64,000 nt of DNA, from positions 7,974 through 71,973 of the forward strand of contig JAAZGO010000027.1 in NCBI GenBank assembly GCA_012511175.1, given 5' to 3'. This DNA is from Fastidiosipila sp. (GTDB taxonomy: Bacteria > Bacillota > Clostridia > Saccharofermentanales > DTU023). Positions 9,748 through 17,981 of this stretch are shown here, in pieces. The position numbers were made by a program, and so were the translations under genes. Under the pieces are notes generated by a model. The model made no database searches. It had not been told where the DNA came from and saw nothing but the letters and a program-made list of their open reading frames with translations. Numbering within the stretch: the stretch's first letter is position 1; each line of letters starts with the position of its first letter.

Positions 9748-11262
9748 ATGGAAGAGTCAAAACCGGTTCATCTTCTGGAGATCAGGGGCCAGGATCTTGT
9801 TCCCGAGAAAGTCGCCGAAGTGGCTTATGGCCGCTCGGGCGTCTTCATTGCGGATGCTGCACGCCAGAGAATGGAAGCATCTTTTTCGCTGGTCAAGTCC
9901 ATTCTGGCTTCGGGCAAGCCAACCTATGGGATATCCACCGGCTTCGGTGACCTGAGCCGGGTGACCATCTCGGAAAGCCAGAACTATGAGTTGCAGCGCA
10001 ATCTGATTCGGAGCCATGCTTCGGGCGTTGGCCGGCCTTTCCCAAAGGAGGTCGTCCGTGCCATGATGGTGCTGCGGCTCAATGCCCTTTGTGTCGGTTA
10101 TTCGGGCATTAACCCGCAGCTTGCCGACCTGCTTGCATCCCTGATCAATGAGGACATAATTCCCGTGATCCCGCAACAGGGTTCCCTGGGGGCATCAGGC
10201 GACCTGGCCTACCTGGCCCATATGTCACTTGTCTTGATGGGCGAGGGACAAGCAGAGCTTGACGGGAGAAAGATGGGCGGCAAAGAGGCTCTGGCCAGCC
10301 GGGGGCTCAAACCGCTCCAGCTTTATGGCAAAGACGGGCTGGCCCTGATTAATGGGACGGCGGGGATGCTGGCACTTGGTGTTCTCGCGCTGCTCGAGGC
10401 GGAAAACTGCCTGAATGCAGCCAATGCGGCCGCAGCGCTGACCTTTGAAGCGCTCCGGGGCTTTCGCGACGCCTACGATCCGGGAATCCACACGCTTCGC
10501 CACCAGCCAGGCCAGATGACCGTCGCATCGGCGCTTTTATCCATGCTTGAAGGATCCCTCCTGGCCGATTCCCGGACTGAGGATGTTCAGGATGCCTATA
10601 CCTTGCGCTGTGTCCCCCAGGTACATGGAGCTTCACTTGACGCAATTGGCTACGTGCGTGGAGTACTCAGCCGGGAGATCAATGCCGTGACGGATAATCC
10701 CATCGTCTTCTCTGAGACGGGCCGTGTCCTTTCCGGAGGAAACTTCCATGGCCAACCCCTGGCGCTGGCACTCGATTTCCTGGCCATTGCCGTCTCGGAA
10801 CTGGCCAATATCAGTGAAAGACGGACGGAGCGGATGGTGAATCCACAGCTGTCGAACGGTCTTCCTGCCTTTCTGTGTTGTCAGGGCGGTGTCCAGTCGG
10901 GTTTCATGATTCCACAGTATGTCGCAGCGTCGCTGGTTTCTGAAAATAAGATTCTGGCACATCCCGCCAGCGTCGATTCCATTCCCTCCTCAGCCAACAA
11001 GGAAGATCATGTCAGTATGGGCGCGGCTGCGGGCAGGAAGGCAGCCCGGGTGGTTGAGAATACAAGCCGGGTCATCGCCATTGAATTGATTTGCGCTGCC
11101 CAGGCAGTGGACCTGCTCGAACCTGGAAAGCTGGGGCAAGGCACCGGCAAACTCTACCGTCAGATCAGGCGGCATGTGGCCGGGCTTACAGAAGACAGAC
11201 CCTTGTCGGAAGATATCGAGACCATGGCAGAGCTTGTCCGTTCCGGCGGCCTGCTGGTATAA
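9748..11262 (+). CDS. hutH: Histidine ammonia-lyase (aromatic amino-acid lyase family)
   Basis: 504 aa. MIO-forming Ala-Ser-Gly in 'GSLGASGDLAYLAH', with 'YGISTGFGDL' and 'LQRNLIRSHASGVG'. Histidine as substrate is inferred from overall HutH-like pattern only. Confidence 0.88.
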   Translation: MEESKPVHLLEIRGQDLVPEKVAEVAYGRSGVFIADAARQRMEASFSLVKSILASGKPTYGISTGFGDLSRVTISESQNYELQRNLIRSHASGVGRPFPKEVVRAMMVLRLNALCVGYSGINPQLADLLASLINEDIIPVIPQQGSLGASGDLAYLAHMSLVLMGEGQAELDGRKMGGKEALASRGLKPLQLYGKDGLALINGTAGMLALGVLALLEAENCLNAANAAAALTFEALRGFRDAYDPGIHTLRHQPGQMTVASALLSMLEGSLLADSRTEDVQDAYTLRCVPQVHGASLDAIGYVRGVLSREINAVTDNPIVFSETGRVLSGGNFHGQPLALALDFLAIAVSELANISERRTERMVNPQLSNGLPAFLCCQGGVQSGFMIPQYVAASLVSENKILAHPASVDSIPSSANKEDHVSMGAAAGRKAARVVENTSRVIAIELICAAQAVDLLEPGKLGQGTGKLYRQIRRHVAGLTEDRPLSEDIETMAELVRSGGLLV

Positions 11263-11324
11263 GACCATCTGTTCCTTCATGTTATAGTGGGGCAGGAAAG
11301 AACACAGTTAGGGAGGATAAAAAA

Positions 11325-11963
11325 TTGGAATTTAAGCATTTGAAGATTACTGAATACCTTGAACGTGCTGCTTCATCGAGCGCGACGCCGGGAGGAGGCA
11401 GTGTGTCAGCCCTGATCGCAGCCCTCGGATCGGCACTTGGCCAGATGGTCTACAATCTGACTGTCACCAAGAAATCCTACCAGGCCAATGATGAAACGAC
11501 CAAGGCTGCCGTCCAGTCTGACTGGCGGGCCATCGAAAGCCTTCAGCGCGATTTTACCGATCTGATCGATCGCGACATTGAAGCATTCAATGTATTTATG
11601 GATGCACTTGCTCTCCCAAAGGAAACGGACCAGGACAAAGCGAAGCGGAAACAGGCGCTTGCCGACGCTTCCATCACCGCCATGGAAGTTCCTCTCACGA
11701 CTGCCGGCAAATCGCTGGAGTTGCTGAAACACCTCGGTTCCATTGCCCGTTACGGCCATAAGACCTGCATCTCTGACGCGGGCGTCGCCGCCCTTTGCGC
11801 CCATGCAGCCTTACAGGCCTCGGTTATGAATGTGCGCATCAACCTGGCCGGGATAGATGATCCGGAAATTCGCCAGGGAGCTGAAAAGAGCAGTGCTGCC
11901 TACCTGGAAGAGTCGGCTCTGCTTACCAAGGAGATAATCGACATCGTTTACGCGCAAATCTGA
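11325..11963 (+). CDS. Cyclodeaminase/cyclohydrolase family protein (formiminotetrahydrofolate cyclodeaminase-like, FTCD_C)
   Basis: 'FLERAASSSATPGGGSVSALIAALGSALGQMVYNLTV' is the FTCD_C signature. I placed the start at the in-frame TTG at 11325, after a GGGAGG RBS. The upstream part of the 11091 ORF overlaps hutH and looks spurious. Confidence 0.82.
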   Translation: MEFKHLKITEYLERAASSSATPGGGSVSALIAALGSALGQMVYNLTVTKKSYQANDETTKAAVQSDWRAIESLQRDFTDLIDRDIEAFNVFMDALALPKETDQDKAKRKQALADASITAMEVPLTTAGKSLELLKHLGSIARYGHKTCISDAGVAALCAHAALQASVMNVRINLAGIDDPEIRQGAEKSSAAYLEESALLTKEIIDIVYAQI

Positions 11964-12073
11964 GGACAGTTTACCCCTATACTTTGCCAAGGGCCGGTAT
12001 GATGATGACAGCCGGCCCTATTCAATCCGGGAACAGGCCGTTCTGTTTCACCGGTATCAGCCGGCAGGTTCAT

Positions 12074-12102
12074 TTGACAGCAGAGGGCTGCGTAACTAAT
12101 AT
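12074..12102 (+). promoter_or_regulatory. Sigma-A-type promoter (TTGACA-17 nt-TAATAT)
   Basis: Perfect -35 hexamer at 12074-12079, exact 17-nt spacer, -10 TAATAT at 12097-12102. It lies about 60 nt upstream of the cytochrome b5-like gene. Confidence 0.55.
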
Positions 12103-12164
12103 CAAGATGGTCCTTGACCAAACAGGAGGCGGTATGAACCCCACACCTGAAAGGGGGACCCGCA

Positions 12165-12527
12165 ATGAGAAGTTTGAAACGGCGGGCAGGCCGCCGTCTG
12201 ATTTTCACCTTTGCTCTCCTGATTGTTTTCTTTCTTGTCAGTGCTTGTGCCGGCACAAGGGGCAGCCGGGATGCGGCCGAAAGTGATGGATTGATCCTGA
12301 CGGTTGACGAGCTGGCCCGCTATGACGGCCTGGAAGGCCGAAAGGCCTATATTGCCGTCGATGGAATTGTTTACGATGTGACCGATATCCGTCAATGGGA
12401 AGGCGGGCTCCACCAGGGCCGCTTCCAGGCCGGAAAAGATTACAGCGAGGAAATCCGGACTGAGTCGCCCCATGGAACCGGTATGCTGGCCCGGGCGGTC
12501 AAGGTCGGCATTCTGCTTGACGAGTGA
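12165..12527 (+). CDS. Exported lipoprotein with cytochrome b5-like haem/steroid-binding domain
   Basis: Signal peptide with lipobox 'LVSAC'. The domain pattern is 'LTVDELARYDG...AYIAVDGIVYDVT......H-x19-H' (cyt b5 fold). AAGGGGGA RBS. Confidence 0.8.
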   Translation: MRSLKRRAGRRLIFTFALLIVFFLVSACAGTRGSRDAAESDGLILTVDELARYDGLEGRKAYIAVDGIVYDVTDIRQWEGGLHQGRFQAGKDYSEEIRTESPHGTGMLARAVKVGILLDE

Positions 12528-12560
12528 ATCGGTAAAAGGCCATTGGCCGGGAGGCAGGTA

Positions 12561-12974
12561 ATGAGTAACAGCGGGAGTCTGTTTGGCTGGCTGGTGACAG
12601 CGGGGCTGGTGTTGACGGTTCTGAATTATCCGGTCAAGCTTCTTTACCGCAAGGCTGTGGCAGGCTTGCCCCGCGAATCGAAACTGAGGCAGGCCTATAT
12701 CCGTGTCCAGAGATTTGTGGTGGGCAACCACCGCTTTTTTGCCCTTTTCACTGCCCTGGTCCTATTGGCTCATGTGATTGTCCAGCTGCTCTACCGCTGG
12801 CTTTCATGGACCGGCCTGGCGGCAGCTGCCCTGATGGTGGCCAATCTGCTTGTCGGGGCTTACGGCTATTACATAAAAAAGAGGAAAAAGTCAGCCTGGC
12901 TGGTCATCCATGTAACGGTTGCCCTGCTCTTGATCGCAGCAATCCTGGGGCACCTCGCGACGGGGGGCCGTTGA
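12561..12974 (+). CDS. 4-TM membrane protein with two i/i+14 His pairs (putative di-haem b-type cytochrome; DUF4405-like)
   Basis: Four hydrophobic helices. The only His residues are H57/H71 (TM2) and H117/H131 (TM4), numbered from the ATG at 12561, which follows a GGGAGG RBS. The family name is a guess. Confidence 0.65.
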   Translation: MSNSGSLFGWLVTAGLVLTVLNYPVKLLYRKAVAGLPRESKLRQAYIRVQRFVVGNHRFFALFTALVLLAHVIVQLLYRWLSWTGLAAAALMVANLLVGAYGYYIKKRKKSAWLVIHVTVALLLIAAILGHLATGGR

Positions 12975-13010
12975 AGAAGATCCACCTCAGATCAGCTCAG
13001 TCAGCTAAAA

Positions 13011-13038
13011 CAGGATGTTGTCAAACATCCTGTTTTTT
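13011..13038 (+). terminator. Rho-independent terminator
   Basis: Perfect 9-bp stem CAGGATGTT/AACATCCTG with a 4-nt loop, followed by TTTTTT. Confidence 0.85.
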
Positions 13039-13040
13039 CA

Positions 13041-13069
13041 TTGACATTCAGCCCGGCGGCACATAAACT
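13041..13069 (+). promoter_or_regulatory. Sigma-A-type promoter (TTGACA-17 nt-TAAACT) for rny
   Basis: -35 TTGACA at 13041-13046, 17-nt spacer, -10 TAAACT at 13064-13069. It lies directly after the terminator and leaves a leader of roughly 90 nt. Confidence 0.5.
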
Positions 13070-13163
13070 GTTGAATAGAACAAACGACCGGGACCGGCGG
13101 GAGCCGGTAACGCTCCTGGACTAATAATCAGAATAATTGTTTCGAAACTTGATAATTGAATAG

Positions 13164-14741
13164 TTGGAGGTGATTACCATCGAATGGTTTTATGTGATTG
13201 CCGGTTTACTTGCGGGCGCCTTAGCCACCTGGGCCATGACGGCGCTCTTCTATCATAAAGGGTATAGCAAGAAGAGCCGTGAACTGCTTGAAAAAAAGCA
13301 GAAGACAGAAGAAGAGGCACGGACCCTTGTTGGTCAAGCAATTAAGGACGGGGAGGATAGGAAACGGGAGATCCTCCTGTCTGTCAAAGAAGAAGTGCAT
13401 AAGGCAAAGATAGAACTTGAACGCGATGTGCGGGAGCGCCGTCACGAACTGACGCGGGAACGCCAGCGGATCGACCAAAAGGAAACAATTCTTGACCGGC
13501 GGGCCCAAAGCCTTGAGGACAGGGAGCAGCATTACAAGGATAAAGAAGCCGAACTTCAGACAAAAGAATATAAGTTAGCAGAGATCGACGCGCAAAAGCG
13601 CGCTGAACTTGAGCGGGTTGCGGGATTGACGGTACAGGACGCCAGGGACATTGTACTCGAGGCGGCGGAAACGGAGTACCGTTACGATTTGTCTTTGCTC
13701 TACAAGCGACTGGAAGATGAAACCCGGTCGACAGCTGCTGCCAAGGCGCAGGAAATTGTCGTCAGTACCATTCAGCGCTATGCCAGTGATTATGTTTCCG
13801 AAGCAACAGTATCTGTCGTTTCGCTTCCCAACGAAGAGATGAAGGGCAGGATTATAGGCCGTGAAGGCCGGAACATCCGGACCATCGAGCAGCTGACGGG
13901 CGTCGACCTCATTATCGACGACACCCCTGAAGCCGTAATTTTGTCCAGTTTCAATCCCGTCCGGCGAGAAATCGCACGGATCAGCATTGAAAAGTTGGTG
14001 CAGGACGGCCGCATCCACCCGACACGTATTGAGGAGATGGTGCGGAAGGCGACCAAGGAAGTGGAAAATTCGATCCGTGAAGCGGGCGAACAGGTTGTCT
14101 TTGACACCAATGTCACAGGCATTCCAGCAGAAATTGTCCACATGCTGGGTCGTTTGAAATATCGGACCAGCTATGGCCAAAATGTCTTACAGCACGCAGT
14201 CGAGGTCAGCCGTATTGCCGGCATGCTGGCGGCAGAACTCGATCTGGATGTCAATGCGGCGAAAAAGGCCGGATTATTGCATGACCTGGGAAAGGCCGTG
14301 GATTTTGAGATGGACGGCTCGCATGTGCAGCTGGGCGGTGAAATCGCACGGCGTTACAAGCTCGACCCCATTACCATTAACAGCATCGAATCACACCATG
14401 GGGATGTTGAACCTGAAACACCCATCGCCAGCCTGGTCGCAGCTGCCGATGCCATTTCAGCTGCACGGCCCGGGGCCAGACGGGAGAACATTGAGACCTA
14501 TATCAAACGGATTGAAAAACTCGAAGAGATTGCCCAGTCTATTCCCGGCGTGGAGAAAACCTATGCGGTCCAGGCAGGCAGGGAGATCCGGGTCATCGTT
14601 GAGCCCGACTCAGTGACTGATGAGGAGATGCCGCTTCTTGTTCATGAAATCTGCAAAAAAATCGAAAAGGAATTGAACTTTCCCGGTCAGATCAAGGTCA
14701 ATATGATCCGTGAGAGCCGTTACAGTGACTTTGCCAAATAA
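13164..14741 (+). CDS. rny: Ribonuclease Y
   Basis: N-terminal TM anchor, Glu/Lys-rich coiled coil, KH domain ('GRIIGREGRNIRTIE') and HD domain ('LLHDLGKA', 'ESHHG'). The exact start is uncertain: the ORF track starts on TTG at 13164 inside a GGAGGTG RBS, and nearby in-frame GTG/ATT codons are alternatives. Confidence 0.93.
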   Translation: MEVITIEWFYVIAGLLAGALATWAMTALFYHKGYSKKSRELLEKKQKTEEEARTLVGQAIKDGEDRKREILLSVKEEVHKAKIELERDVRERRHELTRERQRIDQKETILDRRAQSLEDREQHYKDKEAELQTKEYKLAEIDAQKRAELERVAGLTVQDARDIVLEAAETEYRYDLSLLYKRLEDETRSTAAAKAQEIVVSTIQRYASDYVSEATVSVVSLPNEEMKGRIIGREGRNIRTIEQLTGVDLIIDDTPEAVILSSFNPVRREIARISIEKLVQDGRIHPTRIEEMVRKATKEVENSIREAGEQVVFDTNVTGIPAEIVHMLGRLKYRTSYGQNVLQHAVEVSRIAGMLAAELDLDVNAAKKAGLLHDLGKAVDFEMDGSHVQLGGEIARRYKLDPITINSIESHHGDVEPETPIASLVAAADAISAARPGARRENIETYIKRIEKLEEIAQSIPGVEKTYAVQAGREIRVIVEPDSVTDEEMPLLVHEICKKIEKELNFPGQIKVNMIRESRYSDFAK

Positions 14742-14778
14742 AGGGCAAAGACAGACAACAAAACAGAAAATTGGGGAG

Positions 14779-14815
14779 CCGCACAGACGTCCGAAAATGT
14801 CTGCGCGGTTCCTTT
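14779..14815 (+). terminator. Probable intrinsic terminator after rny
   Basis: Stem CCGCACAGAC/GTCTGCGCGG (9 of 10 bp) with a 10-nt loop, followed by the weak T tract TTCCTTTCC. Confidence 0.4.
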
Positions 14816-14900
14816 CCCCGCTATTCTGGCGTGCACCCAAAGGCTTTGTGGTAATCTGAATGAGATCTTTTCGACGAAAGGTAAGGGGACTTACGGTTGG

Positions 14901-16562
14901 ATGAAAAAGTTTGCCGCAGTCCTTCTGGGCATAATTGTTTTTGCAGTTGCGTCCGGCTGTCGGGCGGGCGGGCAGGACATCCTGCCTGAAGGCGGCCCGG
15001 AGGAAAGTTTAATCCCGGCAACGCTGCCCCCTCCATCAGCGGCAGCGCCGGATGATCGGATCCGTGTTGCCATGCGGCCCGAAGTCAACCTTAACCCCAT
15101 CTTCCCCAAGCATTACGCGACTTCCTCACTCCTGGAGCTGATCTATCAGCCTCTGTTTGATGTGACGTCTGACGGAAGAATCCAGCCTGTTTTGGCCAGG
15201 TCATGGCGCTGGTCCGCGGATGGCCTTGAGTGCTCGATAAGGCTCGAGGAGAATCGCCATTTCCACAACGGCCAGGCCGTAACGGCTCAGGATGCGCGTG
15301 CATCCATGGAACAGTTTTTGAAACTCATGAACGGCCGAAGCGTGGTGGATGATCCGGTGGAATCCCTGGATCCCTTCCCAATGCCGGATTTGTTTTCGGG
15401 CATTGAGAAATGGCGGTATCAGAGTTATCAAAATATCATCTCTGTGGCTGTCAATGAAGCGGGGGAACTGGTGATCGGATTGAGAGAACCCGATCCCTTG
15501 CTCCCGCGCCTGCTCTTGTTTCCCATCGTGCCCGAAAGCCAGGCTCAGTCGCAGTCCATGACCCCTCCCGCGGGCACCGGGGATTGGCAAGTGGAGTCGC
15601 ATTCCGCCTCCCATCTGGTTCTTACAGGCGGCAGCGGCCGGATTCGCCGTATTGAGGCGAGCGTGTACCCGACCGCCGTTGAGGCAGCTTATGCCTTCGA
15701 ACTTGGAGAAATTGACCTCCTGTTAATGGACTCAGCAGAGACGGCGCTTTTTGCCGACCGTTCACGCATCCGGAAACAACTTTTCGACGACGCCGGTTAT
15801 CTCTCGCTCTTCTTCAGCGGATCGAAGGGTAATAGCCGCGACAATCGCGATGCACTGCTTTATGTATTCGGATCGGATCCTGAGCTGTCAACCCTCTCCG
15901 TGCCTTTTCCCTACGCCGGCTACCCCGTTTCAAGGGGAGATTTCCGCCTTCGGGGCGCGGCTGTCCCGCCCCTGGAAGTACCGAAAATTCCGGAAAATTT
16001 TGGCCTGCCCGAAGGTGCAGTTGAATTTGACGAAAAGGGAGAGCCCGTCAGTCCGGACCTGCCGCCTTTCAAGCTGCTTGTGCCTGTGCGGACAATTCAG
16101 GCTGGCCTGATCCGCCGTCTCTCAATCGCATTTCTTCGTATCAACAGAAAACTGATTGTGGAAGAGGTCCATGCGGAGGACTGGCCAGCCACCCTGTCGC
16201 AAAGAAAATTTGATGCGGTGATGCTGGCCGATACGGTTCCCTTCTTTCCTGACCCCGCAGATTATCTTGACGGGCTGCGGGCCCTCGGACTTCTCGACGG
16301 GATGGAAGCGATGGAGAGTGGATCAGAGGAACTTCTGCGGCAGGCGCGCCTGGCAAGTCTTGACCTTTCAGGTGAAGAGGGAAACAGCCTGTCTCCCGAT
16401 TCTTATGCAGAAGCCGTCAATCGGGTTTTTAAGGCACTGCCCGTTACCGGCCTGGCCGCAACAGCTACCATGGTCTGGTACAGTAGGAATATCGAAGGAA
16501 GTTTACCAGGAACCAGTCGTGCGCCCTATCTGGGTGTGGAGGATTTATTTGTATGGAGATGA
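14901..16562 (+). CDS. ABC-transporter substrate-binding lipoprotein, family 5 (peptide/nickel type), orphan
   Basis: Lipobox 'AVASGC'. SBP_bac_5-like block 'LIYQPLFDVTSDGRIQPVLARSWRWSADGLECSIRLEENRHFHNGQAVTAQD'. No permease or ATPase genes are adjacent. Confidence 0.78.
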   Translation: MKKFAAVLLGIIVFAVASGCRAGGQDILPEGGPEESLIPATLPPPSAAAPDDRIRVAMRPEVNLNPIFPKHYATSSLLELIYQPLFDVTSDGRIQPVLARSWRWSADGLECSIRLEENRHFHNGQAVTAQDARASMEQFLKLMNGRSVVDDPVESLDPFPMPDLFSGIEKWRYQSYQNIISVAVNEAGELVIGLREPDPLLPRLLLFPIVPESQAQSQSMTPPAGTGDWQVESHSASHLVLTGGSGRIRRIEASVYPTAVEAAYAFELGEIDLLLMDSAETALFADRSRIRKQLFDDAGYLSLFFSGSKGNSRDNRDALLYVFGSDPELSTLSVPFPYAGYPVSRGDFRLRGAAVPPLEVPKIPENFGLPEGAVEFDEKGEPVSPDLPPFKLLVPVRTIQAGLIRRLSIAFLRINRKLIVEEVHAEDWPATLSQRKFDAVMLADTVPFFPDPADYLDGLRALGLLDGMEAMESGSEELLRQARLASLDLSGEEGNSLSPDSYAEAVNRVFKALPVTGLAATATMVWYSRNIEGSLPGTSRAPYLGVEDLFVWR

Positions 16563-17065
16563 TGATCATTATGATCCTGATCCTGATTGACCAGTGGACC
16601 AAGGGCCTGGCTGAACGGCTGATAGGTGGAGGCAAAGCCGCCACAGTCATTCCGGGTTTCTTTGAGTTGAGATACTTGGCCAACAAGGGCGCTGCCTGGA
16701 GCATCTTTTCCAGCCAGAACTGGGGTCTGGCTTTTCTGGTCATCCTTTCCTCCATTGTGCTCTTCGCCCTGCTGTGGTTTTTGCGCAAGGCAGGTGGCAT
16801 GCGGGCCAAGATGGTCCTGATCCTGCTGATTTCAGGCAGCGCGGGCAATTTGATTGACCGGCTGAGGCTGGGTGCCGTGACCGATTTTCTTTCCTTTACT
16901 TTCGGCTCCTACGCCTTTCCCACCTTCAACCTGGCCGACGCCATGATTACAATCGGAACGGGACTTCTGATTATCTTTGTCTTATTGGATCGCCATTTTC
17001 TTTCCATTCAGTTTGGAACCGGACGGGCAGCTCACCCGGGGGAGAAGCGGGAAAAGAGTGAATAA
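16553..17065 (+). CDS. lspA: Lipoprotein signal peptidase (signal peptidase II)
   Basis: Motifs 'NKGAAWS', 'GNLIDRLRLGAVTDF' and 'FNLADAMI'. The start is one of three clustered ATGs (16553/16559/16562) overlapping the SBP stop. Confidence 0.92.
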   Translation: MEMMIIMILILIDQWTKGLAERLIGGGKAATVIPGFFELRYLANKGAAWSIFSSQNWGLAFLVILSSIVLFALLWFLRKAGGMRAKMVLILLISGSAGNLIDRLRLGAVTDFLSFTFGSYAFPTFNLADAMITIGTGLLIIFVLLDRHFLSIQFGTGRAAHPGEKREKSE

Positions 17066-17981
17066 GGCGAGGCAGATTGTTGGACTGGACGAGGGGGGCA
17101 TGCGGCTGGATAAATGGCTGGCTCTGAAATTCCCCCGCTTGTCACGGGAATCATGGAAGCGCAGGATTGCCGGCAAGCAGGTAACCGTGAATGGAAACGA
17201 AACGGTGCCGTCAAGAATTCTTGCGGCCGGAGAGCTGGTTGAGCTGATTCTGCCCGGTGAAAAAAAAGAAGCAGCCCCCCAGGCCGAAGCCATTCCGATT
17301 TCGATCCTTTATGAGGATGACTGGTTTGCCGTCATCGACAAGCCGGCAGGGCGGGTGGTGCATCCAGCCTTCGGGCATGAGGACGGAACACTTGTCAATG
17401 CCCTGCTGGGACGGTTTCCCGGTGGGCTGTCAGACCTTGCGGGCTCCGGCCGGCCCGGTATCGTTCACCGGCTTGACAAGGATACATCAGGGATCTTGCT
17501 GGTAGCACGTGACAACCGCACCCACCGCCTGCTTGCAGATCTTTTCCGAACCGGGGCAATCGGCAGGTATTATGATGCGATCGTCCGGGGATGCCCTGAG
17601 GTTGCCAGAGGACTTATCGATGCCCCCATCGCCAGAGGGGATGTCAACCGGAAAAGAATGGAAATCCGGGAGTCCGGCAGGAGGGCCCGTACTGAATTTA
17701 AAGTTTTGTCCAGCCGCAGGGAGTATTCCCATCTTCGCTGCCGGCTGCTGACGGGACGGACCCACCAGATCCGGGTGCACCTGGCCTACATCGGTCACCC
17801 GGTTATCGGCGACACCCTTTACGGCGGCAGAAAACGGCCGGGAGACCCAATCCACCAACTGCTGCATGCCTCGGAAGTATCCTTCATCCACCCAGTGACT
17901 CAAGAGCCTTTCATTTGCAAAAGTCCGCTGCCTGAGCGATTTTCCAGCTATCTGAACGAAGAGGAGTCATTCAGGATATGA
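17058..17981 (+). CDS. rluD: RluA-family 23S rRNA pseudouridine synthase (RluD-like)
   Basis: S4 domain ('MRLDKWLA') and catalytic 'HRLDKDTSGILLVA'. I placed the start at the in-frame GTG at 17058 overlapping the lspA end; the 16977 extension lies inside lspA. Confidence 0.9.
   Translation: MNKARQIVGLDEGGMRLDKWLALKFPRLSRESWKRRIAGKQVTVNGNETVPSRILAAGELVELILPGEKKEAAPQAEAIPISILYEDDWFAVIDKPAGRVVHPAFGHEDGTLVNALLGRFPGGLSDLAGSGRPGIVHRLDKDTSGILLVARDNRTHRLLADLFRTGAIGRYYDAIVRGCPEVARGLIDAPIARGDVNRKRMEIRESGRRARTEFKVLSSRREYSHLRCRLLTGRTHQIRVHLAYIGHPVIGDTLYGGRKRPGDPIHQLLHASEVSFIHPVTQEPFICKSPLPERFSSYLNEEESFRI

Noticed and set aside
11091-11324. The N-terminal 78 codons of the 290-aa ORF that would extend the cyclodeaminase-like gene into hutH.
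   Set aside because: This segment overlaps the hutH 3' end in another frame and is Arg/Pro-rich. The conserved domain starts right after an in-frame TTG at 11325 that has a GGGAGG RBS.
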